Shown: positions 11,190 to 25,574 of the stretch, piece after piece
How positions within the stretch are numbered: the stretch's first letter is position 1
Layout: every line of letters begins with the position of its first letter
Assembly: GCA_947381415.1 (NCBI GenBank)
Contig: CANCVB010000011.1
Location: 3,518-67,517 of the forward strand
Length of the DNA stretch: 64,000 nt
Direction: 5' to 3'
DNA from: Burkholderiales bacterium
GTDB lineage: Bacteria; Pseudomonadota; Gammaproteobacteria; Burkholderiales; Burkholderiaceae_C
Made by a program: the position numbers and the translations under genes
Notes under the pieces: generated by a model
What the model saw: the letters and a program-made list of their open reading frames with translations, nothing else
Databases searched by the model: none
Told to the model about the DNA's origin: nothing

Positions 11190-12305
11190 ATGCGGATTGG
11201 CGTGCCTGCCGAAACCACGGCGGGCGAAACCCGTGTTGCCGTGACCCCTGAGACGGCTAAAAAAATCATTGCCCAAGGGCATCAAGTGCATGTGCAAGCT
11301 GGCGCAGGCGTGGCCGCGAGTGTGACCGATGCGGCCTTTGAAGCGGTTGGCGCACACATCACTGACGCTTCGGGCGCCCTCGGTGCCGAGTTGGTGTTGA
11401 AAGTGCGTGCGCCATCGAGCGCTGAGTTAAGCCATATGGCCTCTGGCGCGGCGTTGGTGGGCATGCTCAATCCTTTTGATGCCGACGGCTTGCAGCGCAT
11501 CGCCAAGGCGGGCCTCACCAGTTTTGCGCTGGAAGCCGCTCCCCGCACCACCCGTGCCCAAAGCATGGACGTGTTGTCTTCCCAAGCCAATATTGCAGGT
11601 TACAAGGCGGTGATGATCGCCGCTGACAAATACCAACGCTTTTTCCCCATGCTCATGACTGCCGCAGGCACCGTCAAAGCCGCCCGCGTGGTGATCTTGG
11701 GTGTGGGCGTGGCCGGTTTGCAAGCCATTGCCACGGCCAAGCGTCTGGGTGCGGTGATTGAAGCCTCGGACGTGCGACCCAGTGTGAAAGAACAGGTCGA
11801 GTCTTTGGGTGCCAAGTTCATCGACGTGCCTTACGAAACTGCCGAAGAAAAAGAAGCGGCTGAAGGCGTGGGCGGTTATGCCCGCCCCATGCCGCAAAGC
11901 TGGCTGGACCGCCAAAAGGCGGAAGTGGCCAAGCGCGTGGCGCAAGCCGACGTGGTCATCACCACCGCGCTCATCCCGGGCCGCGCCGCACCCGTGCTGG
12001 TCACCGAAGACATGGTGAAAAGCATGAAACCCGGCTCGGTCATCGTGGATTTGGCCGCACCTGCGGGCGGCAACTGTCCCTTGACCGAAGCTGGGCAGAC
12101 GGTGCTCAAACATGGCGTGACCTTGGTGGGTGAAACCAATTTGCCTGCCTTGGTCGCCGCTGACGCTTCAGCGCTGTACGCGCGCAATGTGCTGGATTTT
12201 TTGAAATTGGTGTTGCCCAAAGACAAGGGCTTCACTGTTGACATGGAAGACGACATCGTGGCTGCGTGTTTGATGACACAAGGCGGCGAGGTCAAAAGGA
12301 AATAA
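11190..12305 (+). CDS. pntA: NAD(P) transhydrogenase alpha subunit, part 1
   Basis: [33 protein letters not shown] motifs. Confidence 0.95.
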   Translation: MRIGVPAETTAGETRVAVTPETAKKIIAQGHQVHVQAGAGVAASVTDAAFEAVGAHITDASGALGAELVLKVRAPSSAELSHMASGAALVGMLNPFDADGLQRIAKAGLTSFALEAAPRTTRAQSMDVLSSQANIAGYKAVMIAADKYQRFFPMLMTAAGTVKAARVVILGVGVAGLQAIATAKRLGAVIEASDVRPSVKEQVESLGAKFIDVPYETAEEKEAAEGVGGYARPMPQSWLDRQKAEVAKRVAQADVVITTALIPGRAAPVLVTEDMVKSMKPGSVIVDLAAPAGGNCPLTEAGQTVLKHGVTLVGETNLPALVAADASALYARNVLDFLKLVLPKDKGFTVDMEDDIVAACLMTQGGEVKRK

Positions 12306-12307
12306 GC

Positions 12308-12610
12308 ATGGACCACACCATCACCAACCTCATCATTTTCGTGCTCGCCATTTACGTGGGCTACCACGTGGTTTGGAACGTCACGCCCGCCTTGCACACC
12401 CCGCTCATGGCGGTGACCAATGCGGTCTCGGCCATCATCATCGTGGGCGCCATGTTGGCAGCAGCCCTCACCGTCACGCCTTTGGGCAAAACCATGGGCG
12501 TGTTGGCCGTGGCGCTGGCCGCGGTCAATGTGTTCGGCGGTTTTTTGGTGACACGGCGCATGCTGGAGATGTTCAAGAAAAAAGCCCCCAAAGCAGGAGC
12601 TGACAAATGA
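12308..12610 (+). CDS. NAD(P) transhydrogenase alpha subunit, part 2 (membrane)
   Basis: [30 protein letters not shown] motifs. Confidence 0.93.
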   Translation: MDHTITNLIIFVLAIYVGYHVVWNVTPALHTPLMAVTNAVSAIIIVGAMLAAALTVTPLGKTMGVLAVALAAVNVFGGFLVTRRMLEMFKKKAPKAGADK

Positions 12611-14037
12611 GCATGAACCTTGTCGTTCTTTTGTATTTGGTGGCCAGCATCTGTTTTATCCAGGCGCTCAAAGGGCTGTCGCACCCCACTACCTCGATTC
12701 GAGGCAATCTGTTTGGCATGAGTGGCATGGCCATTGCGGTCGTGACCACGGCGGCCTTGATCGTCAACTTGGCCGGTCATGCCGATGGCTTGGGCTGGGT
12801 GTTGCTCGGCTTGGTGATTGGCGGCGGTGCGGGCGCCATCATGGCGCAACGCGTCGAGATGACCAAGATGCCCGAATTGGTCGCCTTCATGCACAGCATG
12901 ATCGGTTTGGCGGCGGTGTTCATCGCCATCGCCGCGGTGGTCGAACCTGCGGCCTTTGGCATCGTGGCGCAAGGCATGGGCACGCTGGACATTCCCAATG
13001 GCAACCGACTTGAACTGTTCTTGGGAGCGGCCATCGGTGCCATCACCTTCAGCGGATCGGTCATCGCCTTTGGCAAGCTCTCGGGCAAGTACAAGTTCCG
13101 TTTGTTCCAAGGGGCGCCCGTGGTGTTTGCGGGTCAACACATGCTGAATTTGGTGATGGGCGTGGCCACCGTCGCGCTGGGCGTGTACTTCATGTTCACC
13201 GGCAACTGGGACGCCTTCCTCATCATGCTGGCGCTGTCGTTCGTGCTGGGTGTGCTGATCATCATCCCGATTGGCGGTGCGGACATGCCGGTGGTGGTGT
13301 CCATGCTCAACAGCTATTCGGGTTGGGCAGCGTCGGGCATTGGTTTCAGCTTGAACAACAGCATGCTGATCATTGCGGGCTCGTTGGTCGGGTCATCCGG
13401 TGCGATCCTGAGCTACATCATGTGCAAGGCCATGAACCGCTCCTTCTTCAACGTCATCTTGGGTGGCTTTGGGGGCGAGGCGGGCAGCGCTGCGACTGGC
13501 AGCACCGAGCAGCGCCCGGTGAAAAGCGGCAGCGCAGACGATGCCGCCTTCATTTTGGGCAACGCCGAAACCGTGGTGATCGTCCCCGGCTACGGCCTGG
13601 CCGTGGCGCGTGCCCAGCATGCGGTGAAAGAGTTGGCCGAGAAGCTCACCCACAAAGGCATCACCGTGAAATACGCCATTCACCCGGTGGCGGGTCGCAT
13701 GCCAGGCCACATGAACGTGCTGTTGGCCGAGGCCGAAGTGCCTTACGACCAGGTGTTTGAGATGGAAGACATCAACGGCGAGTTCGGCCAAGTGGACGTG
13801 GCCATCATCTTGGGTGCCAACGATGTGGTCAACCCTGCTGCCATGATCAAAGGCTCACCCATCTATGGCATGCCGATTTTGGAGGCCTACAAAGCCAAAA
13901 CCGTCATCGTCAACAAGCGTTCCATGGCCGCAGGTTATGCCGGTTTGGACAACGAGCTGTTCTACATGGACAAAACCATGATGGTCTTTGGCGATGCGAA
14001 GAAAGTCGTTGAGGACATGGTCAAGGCGGTTGAATAA
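12607..14037 (+). CDS. pntB: NAD(P) transhydrogenase beta subunit
   Basis: [29 protein letters not shown] motifs. Confidence 0.97.
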   Translation: MSMNLVVLLYLVASICFIQALKGLSHPTTSIRGNLFGMSGMAIAVVTTAALIVNLAGHADGLGWVLLGLVIGGGAGAIMAQRVEMTKMPELVAFMHSMIGLAAVFIAIAAVVEPAAFGIVAQGMGTLDIPNGNRLELFLGAAIGAITFSGSVIAFGKLSGKYKFRLFQGAPVVFAGQHMLNLVMGVATVALGVYFMFTGNWDAFLIMLALSFVLGVLIIIPIGGADMPVVVSMLNSYSGWAASGIGFSLNNSMLIIAGSLVGSSGAILSYIMCKAMNRSFFNVILGGFGGEAGSAATGSTEQRPVKSGSADDAAFILGNAETVVIVPGYGLAVARAQHAVKELAEKLTHKGITVKYAIHPVAGRMPGHMNVLLAEAEVPYDQVFEMEDINGEFGQVDVAIILGANDVVNPAAMIKGSPIYGMPILEAYKAKTVIVNKRSMAAGYAGLDNELFYMDKTMMVFGDAKKVVEDMVKAVE

Positions 14038-14063
14038 GCCTTTTGCGCCTCCGAGGTGAGCCC

Positions 14064-14825
14064 ATGAAGCCGATCGTCATCATGGGCGCCATGCAGCAAG
14101 AGTTGGCGGGCCTCAAGCAGGCTTTGCAAGGCTTGCACACGGTCACATTGGGTTCGCGTCAGGTCACCACAGGGACTTGGCACGGCCATGCGGTGGTGTT
14201 GGCCTTGTCCCATATTGGCAAGGTGGCAGCAGCCACCACCGCCACCGCGCTCATCGAGCGCTTTGATGTCACCGAGATTGTGTTCACGGGTGTGGCGGGT
14301 GGCTTGGGTGCTGGCGTGAACGTGGGTGACATGGTGGTCGCCACCGAATTTTTGCAGCACGACATGGATGCCTCACCCTTGTTTCCCCAATACGAGGTGC
14401 CCATGTACGGTCGGGCGCATTTCCCCACCGACGTGCGTTTGACCCATAGCCTGCACTCAGCGGCCCAAGCTATTTTGAAAAACCCAGCCCAATGGATGGA
14501 CATGGATGTGCTGCGCGAACTGCATGTGCAATCCCCCCAAGTACACCAAGGTTTGGTGCTCAGTGGTGACCGTTTTGTGGCGACCAGCGCCGAGAGCAAG
14601 GCTTTGTTGCAGCAACAACCCAAAGCCATGGCGGTTGAAATGGAAGGTGCGGCGGTGGCGCAGGTGTGTTTGGACTACGGCGTGCCTTTTGCCGCGGTTC
14701 GCACCATTTCAGACCGTGCAGACGACAGCGCGACCACCGACTTCAACCGTTTTATCCATGAAGTTGCCAGCCGCTACACCAGTGCATTGATGGGCACATG
14801 GTTGTCCCAACGTACCAGCGGTTAA
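14064..14825 (+). CDS. mtnN: 5'-methylthioadenosine/SAH nucleosidase
   Basis: IGKVAAA, GVAGG, AVEMEGAAVAQV, RTISDRAD motifs. Confidence 0.93.
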   Translation: MKPIVIMGAMQQELAGLKQALQGLHTVTLGSRQVTTGTWHGHAVVLALSHIGKVAAATTATALIERFDVTEIVFTGVAGGLGAGVNVGDMVVATEFLQHDMDASPLFPQYEVPMYGRAHFPTDVRLTHSLHSAAQAILKNPAQWMDMDVLRELHVQSPQVHQGLVLSGDRFVATSAESKALLQQQPKAMAVEMEGAAVAQVCLDYGVPFAAVRTISDRADDSATTDFNRFIHEVASRYTSALMGTWLSQRTSG

Positions 14826-15811
14826 CGCAGCCAGCCTTTTTTGTAGCAGTACCACATGGGCAATGCCGCGCTCAGGAACATCAATGACACCACATAGGGG
14901 TAAGCCAAACTGCCCAGCACAGCGAATTCAGGGAACTGCAAGTTCATGCCGTAAATGCTGGCCACCAAGGTAGGTGGCAGCAAGGCCACGCTGGCGACAG
15001 AGAAGATTTTGATGATCTTGTTTTGGCTGATGTTGATGAAACCCACGGTGGCATCCATCAAGAAGTTGATCTTGTCAAACAAAAAAGCCGTGTGACCATC
15101 CAGCGAATCGATGTCGCGCAAAATTTGCCTTGCGTCGTCAAACTGTTCGGCGTTCAACATGCGCAGACGCATGGCAAAACTCAAAGCGCGGCGGGTGTCC
15201 ATCATGTTGCGACGAATGCGACCATTCAAATCCTCTTGGCGGGCGATGGCACCCAGCACTTCCGCTGCTAACTCGTCGGTGACATCACCCGACAACACCA
15301 TTTTGCTGACTTTTTCCAATTCGTCATAAATGCCTTCCAAGGTATCGGCAGAGTATTCGGCGTCGACAGAAAACAACTCCAGCAGCACATCCTTGGCATC
15401 TTCAATCAAGCCAGGTGCTCGGCGTGCACGCAAGCGCAGCAAGCGAAACACCGGTAAATCTTCATCATGGATAGAAAACAACACGCCATGGCTTTTCAAT
15501 GCGTCGTTGTGTTGGTTCAAGATAAAAGCGACGCGTACAGCGCGCGGCTCTTCAATGTCGGCAATCAAGAAGTCGGAGCGAATATGCAACTCACCGTTGT
15601 CTTCTTCGTAAAAGCGGGCCGACTCTTCGATGTCCTCGTCCATCGCGTCTTCGGGAATCTGTACGCCAAAGTGCTGGTTGACCCAGCGCTTTTCTTCCAA
15701 AGTCGGGGATTCCAAATCTACCCAGATGGGTTGAAAACGTGCCAGTTCTTCCAAGGAAGAAATTTCTTCCTGAAACAAGCGGCCGTTGGCAAGCGAAAAA
15801 ATATTGAGCAT
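14822..15811 (-). CDS. corA: Magnesium/cobalt transporter CorA
   Basis: PPTLVASIYGMN signature. Confidence 0.95.
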   Translation of the reverse strand: MLNIFSLANGRLFQEEISSLEELARFQPIWVDLESPTLEEKRWVNQHFGVQIPEDAMDEDIEESARFYEEDNGELHIRSDFLIADIEEPRAVRVAFILNQHNDALKSHGVLFSIHDEDLPVFRLLRLRARRAPGLIEDAKDVLLELFSVDAEYSADTLEGIYDELEKVSKMVLSGDVTDELAAEVLGAIARQEDLNGRIRRNMMDTRRALSFAMRLRMLNAEQFDDARQILRDIDSLDGHTAFLFDKINFLMDATVGFINISQNKIIKIFSVASVALLPPTLVASIYGMNLQFPEFAVLGSLAYPYVVSLMFLSAALPMWYCYKKGWLR

Positions 15812-16028
15812 GGCAGGTTCTCTGTGCTGGGGGAGAGGCAAAGGTCGAAGGGTTCAGGTTCGCTTTCGACTTTGCACGGCACAGGTTGCCGAAGAAGCCG
15901 AAAGCTACCAACTAGGGTAGGTTTCCAAGGAGGGTGCTCCAAAGCTATTGAAGTGAGAATTATGGCACCGACCGGTGAAATAAAGGTGACACACTGTTAG
16001 AGTGTCGGGTTTGCCACCACACTTATTT

Positions 16029-17246
16029 ATGCATACTGTTTTGACGCCGCGGCGCGAGTTTTGGTTACTGTTGACGTTGGCTGGCATTCAGTTCACCCAT
16101 GTGCTGGATTTCATGATCATCATGCCGCTGGGGCCGCAGTTGCGTACCTTGTTTGACATCAATGATGCGCAATTTGGTTTTTTGGTCTCGGCGTATACCT
16201 TTGCTGCAGGGGTTTCAGGTCTGTTAGCGGCGTCGTTTGTTGATCGGTTTGAGCGCAAGCGCTTGGTGGTGGTGTTGTATGTGTTGTTTGGCTTGACCAC
16301 CTTGGCATGCGCGTTGGCACCGAGCTATGTCTTGCTGATGCTCTCGCGAGTGGCTGCAGGCACCTTTGGCGGCATTCTGTCAGCGATGACCCAAACAGTT
16401 ATCGGTGATGTGATTCCTTTCGAGCGACGTGGTCGCGCGACCGGTTTTGTGATGACCTCATTTGCCATGGCCACCGTCGTGGGTGTGCCCAGTGGTTTGA
16501 TGTTGGCCAATTGGGGAGGATGGCACAGTGCATTTTTGGCCATTGCCTTCATGTGTGCGGGTGTCTGTGCCATGGCATTGGTGTGTTTGCCCCGCTTAGA
16601 TGCCCATGTGGCCAAAGCCCAGGGGCAAAAAATATCGTTTGCCATGCGACAAGTGTTGGCAGACCCCAATCACCGTCGAGCCTTGTGGATGTCGGGTTTC
16701 ATGATGTTTGCAGGCTTCACCATCATTCCCTATATCACCATCTATACCCAAGCTAACCATGTCTTGGCACCAGATGAAATTCCTTATATTTATTTGTGTG
16801 GGGGTACTGTCACCTTGCTCACGGCGCGTTGGGTGGGGCGTTTAAGCGACCGTATCGGTAAGCGGAAAATGTTTCAACGCATGTTGCTGCTGGCAATGGT
16901 GCCTATGACGATAACCACTGTCCTGCAACCGGCCCCTTTGCCTTGGGTGCTGATGGTGTTCGCTGGTTTCTTTTTTTGCATGAATGCACGCATGATCCCA
17001 GGCATGGCTTTACTCACCTCTGCGGCGCAGCCGCAATGGCGCGGCACCTTCATGTCCTTGAACGGTGCTGTTCAATCGGTGGCGATTGGCATGGCCTCAT
17101 GGTTGGGCGGAATGCTGATTCAGCGCGACGCTGGCGGCCAGGTAACCCATTTTTGGCTCTGCGCTTTGGTCGGAATAGTGGCAACTTTGCTCGCCTTTAC
17201 CCTGTCTAGGCGTGTGGAAATGCACAGCGCCCCCCAGACGTCTTGA
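16029..17246 (+). CDS. MFS transporter
   Basis: About 12 hydrophobic segments; DRFERKR and GDVIPFERRGRA loop motifs. Confidence 0.9.
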   Translation: MHTVLTPRREFWLLLTLAGIQFTHVLDFMIIMPLGPQLRTLFDINDAQFGFLVSAYTFAAGVSGLLAASFVDRFERKRLVVVLYVLFGLTTLACALAPSYVLLMLSRVAAGTFGGILSAMTQTVIGDVIPFERRGRATGFVMTSFAMATVVGVPSGLMLANWGGWHSAFLAIAFMCAGVCAMALVCLPRLDAHVAKAQGQKISFAMRQVLADPNHRRALWMSGFMMFAGFTIIPYITIYTQANHVLAPDEIPYIYLCGGTVTLLTARWVGRLSDRIGKRKMFQRMLLLAMVPMTITTVLQPAPLPWVLMVFAGFFFCMNARMIPGMALLTSAAQPQWRGTFMSLNGAVQSVAIGMASWLGGMLIQRDAGGQVTHFWLCALVGIVATLLAFTLSRRVEMHSAPQTS

Positions 17247-17391
17247 GCTTAAGTACTCGTTTAAAAGGGTGACTTAAAAGGGTGACGCGGGGAATTGATT
17301 TTTTCCTCAACTGGGCGCATAGTGGGGGTGCCTGTCTTTGATCTGGCATGTTGCTTGATTAAACGGTCAGGTAATTCTCTGGAGGAGTCGT

Positions 17392-17727
17392 ATGAATTTG
17401 ACGATCAGCGGTCATCATCTCGAAGTCACCCCTGCACTGCGTGGCTATGTCACCCACAAACTCGATCGCATCAACCGACATTTTGACCAAGTGGTCGATG
17501 TGCGCGTGATCCTCAGTATTGAAAAGCAAAAAGAAAAAGAGCGCCGACAGCGCGCTGAATGCAATATCCATGTCAAAGGCAGCGATTTGTTTGCAGAGTC
17601 TTGTAACGAAGACTTGTATGCCGCTGTCGATGAGTTGGTCGATAAATTAGACCGACAGGTGGTGCGCCATAAAGACCGCCTGCAAGACCATGGCCACACC
17701 AGCGCCAAACGTGCCGAATTGATCTAG
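17392..17727 (+). CDS. hpf: Ribosome hibernation factor HPF/RaiA
   Basis: [19 protein letters not shown] motifs. Confidence 0.93.
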   Translation: MNLTISGHHLEVTPALRGYVTHKLDRINRHFDQVVDVRVILSIEKQKEKERRQRAECNIHVKGSDLFAESCNEDLYAAVDELVDKLDRQVVRHKDRLQDHGHTSAKRAELI

Positions 17728-17747
17728 GTTTTCCCATTCTGCACAGC

Positions 17748-17775
17748 AAGCCGCCTGTCCCTCAGGCGGCTTTTT
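17748..17775 (+). terminator. Intrinsic terminator after hpf
   Basis: AAGCCGCCTG/CAGGCGGCTT stem plus T tail. Confidence 0.75.
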
Positions 17776-17864
17776 CACGAATAAAACCTGATAATTGAAA
17801 ACCAAACAATTAAATATTTACCCTAGCTTGACATGGCTAAGCGGTGCATAATCAGCACCCCAAT

Positions 17865-18332
17865 ATGAACAGACTCGCTGCCATCTTGCCTTCTGCACAA
17901 GCCCTTGTGCAGGTAGACGTCACCAGCAAAAAACGCGCTTTTGAAGAGGCCGGTTTGCTGTTTGAGAATTTGCATGGCCTCAACCGCGCCTTGGTCGCAG
18001 ACAGTTTGTTTGCGCGAGAGCGCCTAGGTTCGACAGGTTTAGGGCATGGTGTGGCTATTCCCCACGGCCGCATCAAAGGCATGAAGTCGCCCTTGGCGGC
18101 GGTATTTCGCCTGTCCCAACCCATTGGTTTTGATGCACCTGACGAGCAACCGGTGTGCTTGTTATTTTTCTTGCTGGTGCCAGAGGCCTCAACCCAAAAG
18201 CATTTGGAAATCTTGTCCGAAATTGCAGAAATGCTCAGCGACACCGGCATGCGTGAGCGCTTGAAGAAAAGCAGCGATGCCCAAGACTTGCATCACTTGA
18301 TTGTGTCTTGGCAGTCCACGCTCACGGTTTAA
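17865..18332 (+). CDS. ptsN: PTS EIIA-Ntr
   Basis: [19 protein letters not shown] motif. Confidence 0.95.
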   Translation: MNRLAAILPSAQALVQVDVTSKKRAFEEAGLLFENLHGLNRALVADSLFARERLGSTGLGHGVAIPHGRIKGMKSPLAAVFRLSQPIGFDAPDEQPVCLLFFLLVPEASTQKHLEILSEIAEMLSDTGMRERLKKSSDAQDLHHLIVSWQSTLTV

Positions 18333-18348
18333 CCCCCACACAAAAAAT

Positions 18349-19314
18349 TTGAAGCCAACCGCTGTCAGTGCCGATGTCTTGTTTGAGGACTTCAGAGAAA
18401 AGCTGCAGTGGCAGTGGATCTCGGGGCAAGGCGCCTCGGAGCGTCATTTTGATGAAGTGGCTGTTCGCATGGCGCGCTCGGGCGCCGATTTGGTGGGCTA
18501 CCTCAACTACATCCATCCTTACCGTTTGCAAGTGCTGGGCGAGCGTGAAATTCGTTACCTCAACAGCAGCCCTTTGGTGGACACCGAGCGGCGCATTCAG
18601 CGCATCGTGACCTTGGAACCACCGGTGTTGGTGGTGGCCGATGGGCAAGTCGCACCCCCGTCCTTGCTCAAGATGTGCGAAGGTGCACAAATCCCTCTGT
18701 TCACGACCAGCGAATCTTCCGCTTTCGTGATCGATTTGTTGCGCGCCTACCTGTCCAAGCATTTTGCCGATCGCACTACATTGCATGGGGTGTTTTTGGA
18801 TATTTTGGGCATGGGCGTGGTCATCACCGGTGAGTCAGGCTTGGGTAAAAGCGAGTTGGGCCTGGAGTTGATTTCGCGCGGTCATGGCTTGGTGGCAGAT
18901 GACGCGGTCGATTTGTACCGCATCAACCAAGCCACCATCGAGGGACGTTGTCCCGAGTTGCTGCAAAACCTGCTGGAAGTTCGCGGCATTGGCTTGTTAG
19001 ACATCCAAGCCATCTTTGGTGAAACCGCCGTGCGCAGAAAAATGCGTTTGAAGTTGATTGTGCATTTGGTGCGCAAAGAAACCTTGGAGCGCGACTACGA
19101 AAGACTGCCACACGAACCGCTCACGCAAGATGTGTTGGGCATACCCGTGCGCAAAGTGGTGATTCAGGTGGTGGCCGGTCGCAATATTGCGGTATTGGTT
19201 GAGGCCGCCGTGCGCAACACCATCTTGCAGATGCGAGGCATCGATACCTACGATAAGTTCGTGCACCGGCATCGCCAAGCCATGCTGGCCGATCAAAAAA
19301 CCCCTGAGAATTGA
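18349..19314 (+). CDS. hprK: HPr kinase/phosphorylase
   Basis: [21 protein letters not shown] motifs; probable TTG start. Confidence 0.95.
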   Translation: MKPTAVSADVLFEDFREKLQWQWISGQGASERHFDEVAVRMARSGADLVGYLNYIHPYRLQVLGEREIRYLNSSPLVDTERRIQRIVTLEPPVLVVADGQVAPPSLLKMCEGAQIPLFTTSESSAFVIDLLRAYLSKHFADRTTLHGVFLDILGMGVVITGESGLGKSELGLELISRGHGLVADDAVDLYRINQATIEGRCPELLQNLLEVRGIGLLDIQAIFGETAVRRKMRLKLIVHLVRKETLERDYERLPHEPLTQDVLGIPVRKVVIQVVAGRNIAVLVEAAVRNTILQMRGIDTYDKFVHRHRQAMLADQKTPEN

Positions 19315-19315
19315 A

Positions 19316-19744
19316 TCAAGCGTTTTTGTAAGGGCAGGCTGTTTGCTTGCAATGGGCGTACAAACTCAGCGCGTGGTCGGCGAGCTCAAACCCCTTGGCT
19401 TGCGCAATATCGTGCTGGCGTTGCTCGATACTGGCGTCATAAAACTCCTCTACGCGGCCACAGTCTAAGCAAACCAAATGGTCGTGGTGCTGGCCTTGAT
19501 TGAGTTCATACACCGATTTGCCGCTCTCAAATTGGCTGCGCGACAAAATGCCCGCTTGTTCAAACTGCATCAGCACACGGTAAATCGTGGCCAAGCCAAT
19601 GTCGGCACGGTCATCTAGCGCTAAGCGGTAGACGTCCTCGGCGCTCATGTGGCGAAGCCCGCTTTTTTGGAACAGCTCCAAAATTTTCAAGCGTGGCACG
19701 GTTGCCTTCAGGCCGGTGTTTTTCAAGCCGTCGATCGATGGCAT
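19316..19744 (-). CDS. fur: Ferric uptake regulator
   Basis: [28 protein letters not shown] motifs. Confidence 0.97.
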   Translation of the reverse strand: MPSIDGLKNTGLKATVPRLKILELFQKSGLRHMSAEDVYRLALDDRADIGLATIYRVLMQFEQAGILSRSQFESGKSVYELNQGQHHDHLVCLDCGRVEEFYDASIEQRQHDIAQAKGFELADHALSLYAHCKQTACPYKNA

Positions 19745-19808
19745 GGGTGCTTTCTGTTGCGAAATATCAGGGTGATGAGGCCCATCGGTACAATGTTTCC
19801 ATCATAAC

Positions 19809-20366
19809 TTGCCCCATCCCACCATGACACTTTTGCGCCAGTCGATGGCTTATTGCATGACATTTGCGGCTTTGCTGGTGGCGGGGTGTTCCACCATTGA
19901 CGACCCTGTGGCCAAAGCCATTCGCAAAGTCACCCCTTACCGCGTGGAAGTGGTGCAAGGCAATTTCGTGTCCAAAGAGCAGGTGCAGGCATTGCGCCCA
20001 GGCATGGGTCGCAATCAGGTCAAGGAAATTTTGGGCACGCCTTTGATTGCCAGCGTGTTCCACGCCGATCGTTGGGACTATGCCTTCACCATTGTGCGCA
20101 AAGGCACCCAGCCACAGCAACGCCAGTTGTCGGTGTACTTCAAAGACGATCTCTATGTTCGCTTCGAAGGCGATGACTTGCCCAGTGAATCCGAGTTCGC
20201 AGAGCGCATTGCCGTGCCTGAAGACCGCAAAGTGGTACCGCGTTTAGAGGCCACGCCCAAAGAATTGGAAAGTTTCCACAAAAACACACCCACACCTGCG
20301 GCCACCACCCCCAAGCCTGCCGCTGCATCGCCCGACAAAACCTATCCACCCTTAGAGAGACCCTGA
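19809..20366 (+). CDS. bamE: Outer membrane assembly lipoprotein BamE
   Basis: Lipobox LVAGC, QGNFV, GTPL..FHADRWDY; divergent from fur; start uncertain. Confidence 0.92.
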   Translation: MPHPTMTLLRQSMAYCMTFAALLVAGCSTIDDPVAKAIRKVTPYRVEVVQGNFVSKEQVQALRPGMGRNQVKEILGTPLIASVFHADRWDYAFTIVRKGTQPQQRQLSVYFKDDLYVRFEGDDLPSESEFAERIAVPEDRKVVPRLEATPKELESFHKNTPTPAATTPKPAAASPDKTYPPLERP

Positions 20367-20372
20367 TTTTTT

Positions 20373-21206
20373 ATGAACGCTAGCCTTGCCCAAGCCCATC
20401 GCGTCGCTATCGCTGGTGCCAGTGGCCGCATGGGTCGCATGTTGGCGCAAGCCCTGTTGGAGTCTGCGGATTGCCAGCTGGCGGGTGCCTTGGATGTTGC
20501 CGACAGCATTCACCTGGGCAACGATGCCACAGGCTTTTTAGGCCAAGCCAGTGGCGTGGTCATTCAATCTGATTTGCATGCTGGCTTGGCAAACGCGCAG
20601 GTCTTGATTGACTTCACGCGGCCTGAAGGCACCATGGCGCACCTCAAAGCCTGTCGTGAACTTGGCGTGAAGATAGTGATTGGTACCACCGGTTTTAGCG
20701 ACGCCCAAAAAGCCGAGATCCAAACGGCCAGCCAAGACATTGCCATCGTGATGGCGCCCAATATGAGTGTGGGCGTGAACGTCACTTTGAAGTTGCTAGA
20801 GATGGCCGCTGTGGCACTGGCCACTGACTACGACATTGAAATCATCGAGGCCCATCACCGCCATAAAGTGGATGCCCCATCCGGCACTGCGCTGAAGATG
20901 GGAGAAGTCATTGCCCAGGCATTGGGGCGAGACCTCAAGCAATGCGCGGTGTTTGACCGTCAGGGCCACACCGGTGCGCGCCCCGAGAACGCGATTGGGT
21001 TTTCCACCATCCGTGGTGGCGATATTGTGGGAGACCACACGGTGATGTTTGCGGGCACGGGTGAGCGGATTGAAATCACCCATAAATCTTCTAGCCGCAG
21101 CACCTATGCAGAGGGCAGTTTGCGTGCCGTTCGTTTTGTCACCCAACAACCGCATGGCTTGTTTGATATGTTTGATGTGTTGGGCTTGAGGAACGCCCAG
21201 CCATGA
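20373..21206 (+). CDS. dapB: 4-hydroxy-tetrahydrodipicolinate reductase
   Basis: [22 protein letters not shown] motifs. Confidence 0.97.
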   Translation: MNASLAQAHRVAIAGASGRMGRMLAQALLESADCQLAGALDVADSIHLGNDATGFLGQASGVVIQSDLHAGLANAQVLIDFTRPEGTMAHLKACRELGVKIVIGTTGFSDAQKAEIQTASQDIAIVMAPNMSVGVNVTLKLLEMAAVALATDYDIEIIEAHHRHKVDAPSGTALKMGEVIAQALGRDLKQCAVFDRQGHTGARPENAIGFSTIRGGDIVGDHTVMFAGTGERIEITHKSSSRSTYAEGSLRAVRFVTQQPHGLFDMFDVLGLRNAQP

Positions 21207-21853
21207 GCCTGTGGCACTGGCTTGCGCAAGCCGACTTGTTAAGCCAAGTGGTGGCGCTGGCCTTGTGCGCAATGTCCGTCGTGAGTTGGGTCTTGATTGT
21301 TTACAAGTCATGGTTGTTGTCGCTGGCCCGCCGAGATATATCGCTGTGTCAGGCGTCTTGGGCGCAGTCGACCAGTTGGTCACATGTGGCGCAAAATTGG
21401 CGCGCCTTGGACACCCAACACCTGTTGGGTGGCTTGCTGCAAGACCACTTAAGCCTTGCCAAACAGGGCATGGCCGCATTCACCTCGCGGGAAGACCAAC
21501 TCAACAGCAGTTTGCGCCAAGCCTTACAAGGCATTCGCCAACGCTTGCGGTATGGCCAAGACCTGTTGGCCACGATTGGCGCCACATCCCCGTTCATTGG
21601 TTTGCTTGGCACTGTCTGGGGCATCTACCATGCCTTGGTGAATTTGGCCCAAATTGGGCAATACAGCTTGGACAAAGTGGCGCAGCCCGTGGGTGAGTCT
21701 TTGGTGATGACAGCGGCAGGTCTGGGTGTTGCCATCCCTGCGGTCATGGCTTACAACTTGTTGGGCAGGCGTTTGGTGGCCATTGAAGCGGCGTTGGACG
21801 CCTTGGCATTTGATTTGCGGGCCTATTGGTTGGCCCAGCCCGCACAGCCCTGA
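21203..21853 (+). CDS. MotA/TolQ/ExbB family proton channel
   Basis: [25 protein letters not shown] motifs. Confidence 0.9.
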   Translation: MSLWHWLAQADLLSQVVALALCAMSVVSWVLIVYKSWLLSLARRDISLCQASWAQSTSWSHVAQNWRALDTQHLLGGLLQDHLSLAKQGMAAFTSREDQLNSSLRQALQGIRQRLRYGQDLLATIGATSPFIGLLGTVWGIYHALVNLAQIGQYSLDKVAQPVGESLVMTAAGLGVAIPAVMAYNLLGRRLVAIEAALDALAFDLRAYWLAQPAQP

Positions 21854-21863
21854 GGTGACTGGC

Positions 21864-22316
21864 ATGGGCTTGGGCGAATTTGAGTCTTCTTCAGCGCATG
21901 CACCCATGGCGGACATCAATGTCACACCCTTGGTTGATGTGATGTTGGTGTTGCTGGTGATTTTTCTCATCACCGCGCCTTTGATGGGCAATGCCTTGCG
22001 TTTGGATTTGCCCCCCGCGCAGGCAGCGTTTTCGCCAACCCCTGTCACTTCTATGCGTTTGAGTCTTGACGCAACAAGCCATGTTTTTGTGGATGACAAA
22101 CCGGTTGAGTTACAGGCCTTGCCTGCCATTTTGGCCATGCAAGCTGGCGTTGATGCATCGATAGAGGTGCAACTGCAGGCTGACCAAAGCGTGCCCTACG
22201 GGCGCGTCGCCGAGGTGATGGGCCTGTTGCAAAAAGCCGGGCTGGCCAAGGTCGCTTTGGCGGTGCAGCCCCCTGCGCCTAAAATCCAAGCATCTTCCCC
22301 GCCCCTGCGCCCCTGA
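21864..22316 (+). CDS. ExbD/TolR family protein
   Basis: [17 protein letters not shown] motif. Confidence 0.9.
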   Translation: MGLGEFESSSAHAPMADINVTPLVDVMLVLLVIFLITAPLMGNALRLDLPPAQAAFSPTPVTSMRLSLDATSHVFVDDKPVELQALPAILAMQAGVDASIEVQLQADQSVPYGRVAEVMGLLQKAGLAKVALAVQPPAPKIQASSPPLRP

Positions 22317-22344
22317 TGGCTGCAGGGGCTATTTACTGAGCCCC

Positions 22345-25059
<2,715 letters not shown>

Positions 25060-25061
25060 AC

Positions 25062-25562
25062 ATGATGCAACGTCGCGTATTTGCTTCAAGTGTGTTGTTG
25101 ATGGGGGTCACGGCATGTGGCTTTCAGTTGCGCCAAGCGCCCAATTACCCGTTTCGCACGCTCTTTAGCGGCTTGCCCGAAGCCTCTGTGTTTGGCCAAG
25201 AACTCAAGCGCAATATTTCGGCCTCTGGCAAGGTGGAGGTCATCAGCGACCCCAGGCAAGTCGAGCGGGCTGATGTGATTTTTGATTTGTTGCAAGAGTT
25301 GCCTGAGAAGGTCATTCTGAGTCGAACCTCTGCCGGCGCGGTGCGCGAATTTCAGTTGCGCTTTCGCATTCGCTTTAAGCTGCGAACCCGCGAAGGCATC
25401 GAGTTGATTCCAGACACCGAACTCGTGCAAGAGCGTGACATCAGTTTCAGTGAAAGTTCCGCCTTGTCCAAAGAGGCTGAAGAGGGTTTGCTCTACCGCG
25501 ATATGCGTTCCGACTTGGTGCAACAGGTGCTGCGCCGAATCGCTGTGGTGCGCATGCCCTAG
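25062..25562 (+). CDS. lptE: LPS assembly lipoprotein LptE
   Basis: TACGFQLR lipobox; leuS-lptE-holA synteny. Confidence 0.9.
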   Translation: MMQRRVFASSVLLMGVTACGFQLRQAPNYPFRTLFSGLPEASVFGQELKRNISASGKVEVISDPRQVERADVIFDLLQELPEKVILSRTSAGAVREFQLRFRIRFKLRTREGIELIPDTELVQERDISFSESSALSKEAEEGLLYRDMRSDLVQQVLRRIAVVRMP

Positions 25563-25574
25563 GCTTGGCGACGC

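Noticed and set aside
17828-17852. TTGACA...CATAAT promoter upstream of ptsN
   Set aside because: The spacing is only 13 nt, which does not fit sigma70.
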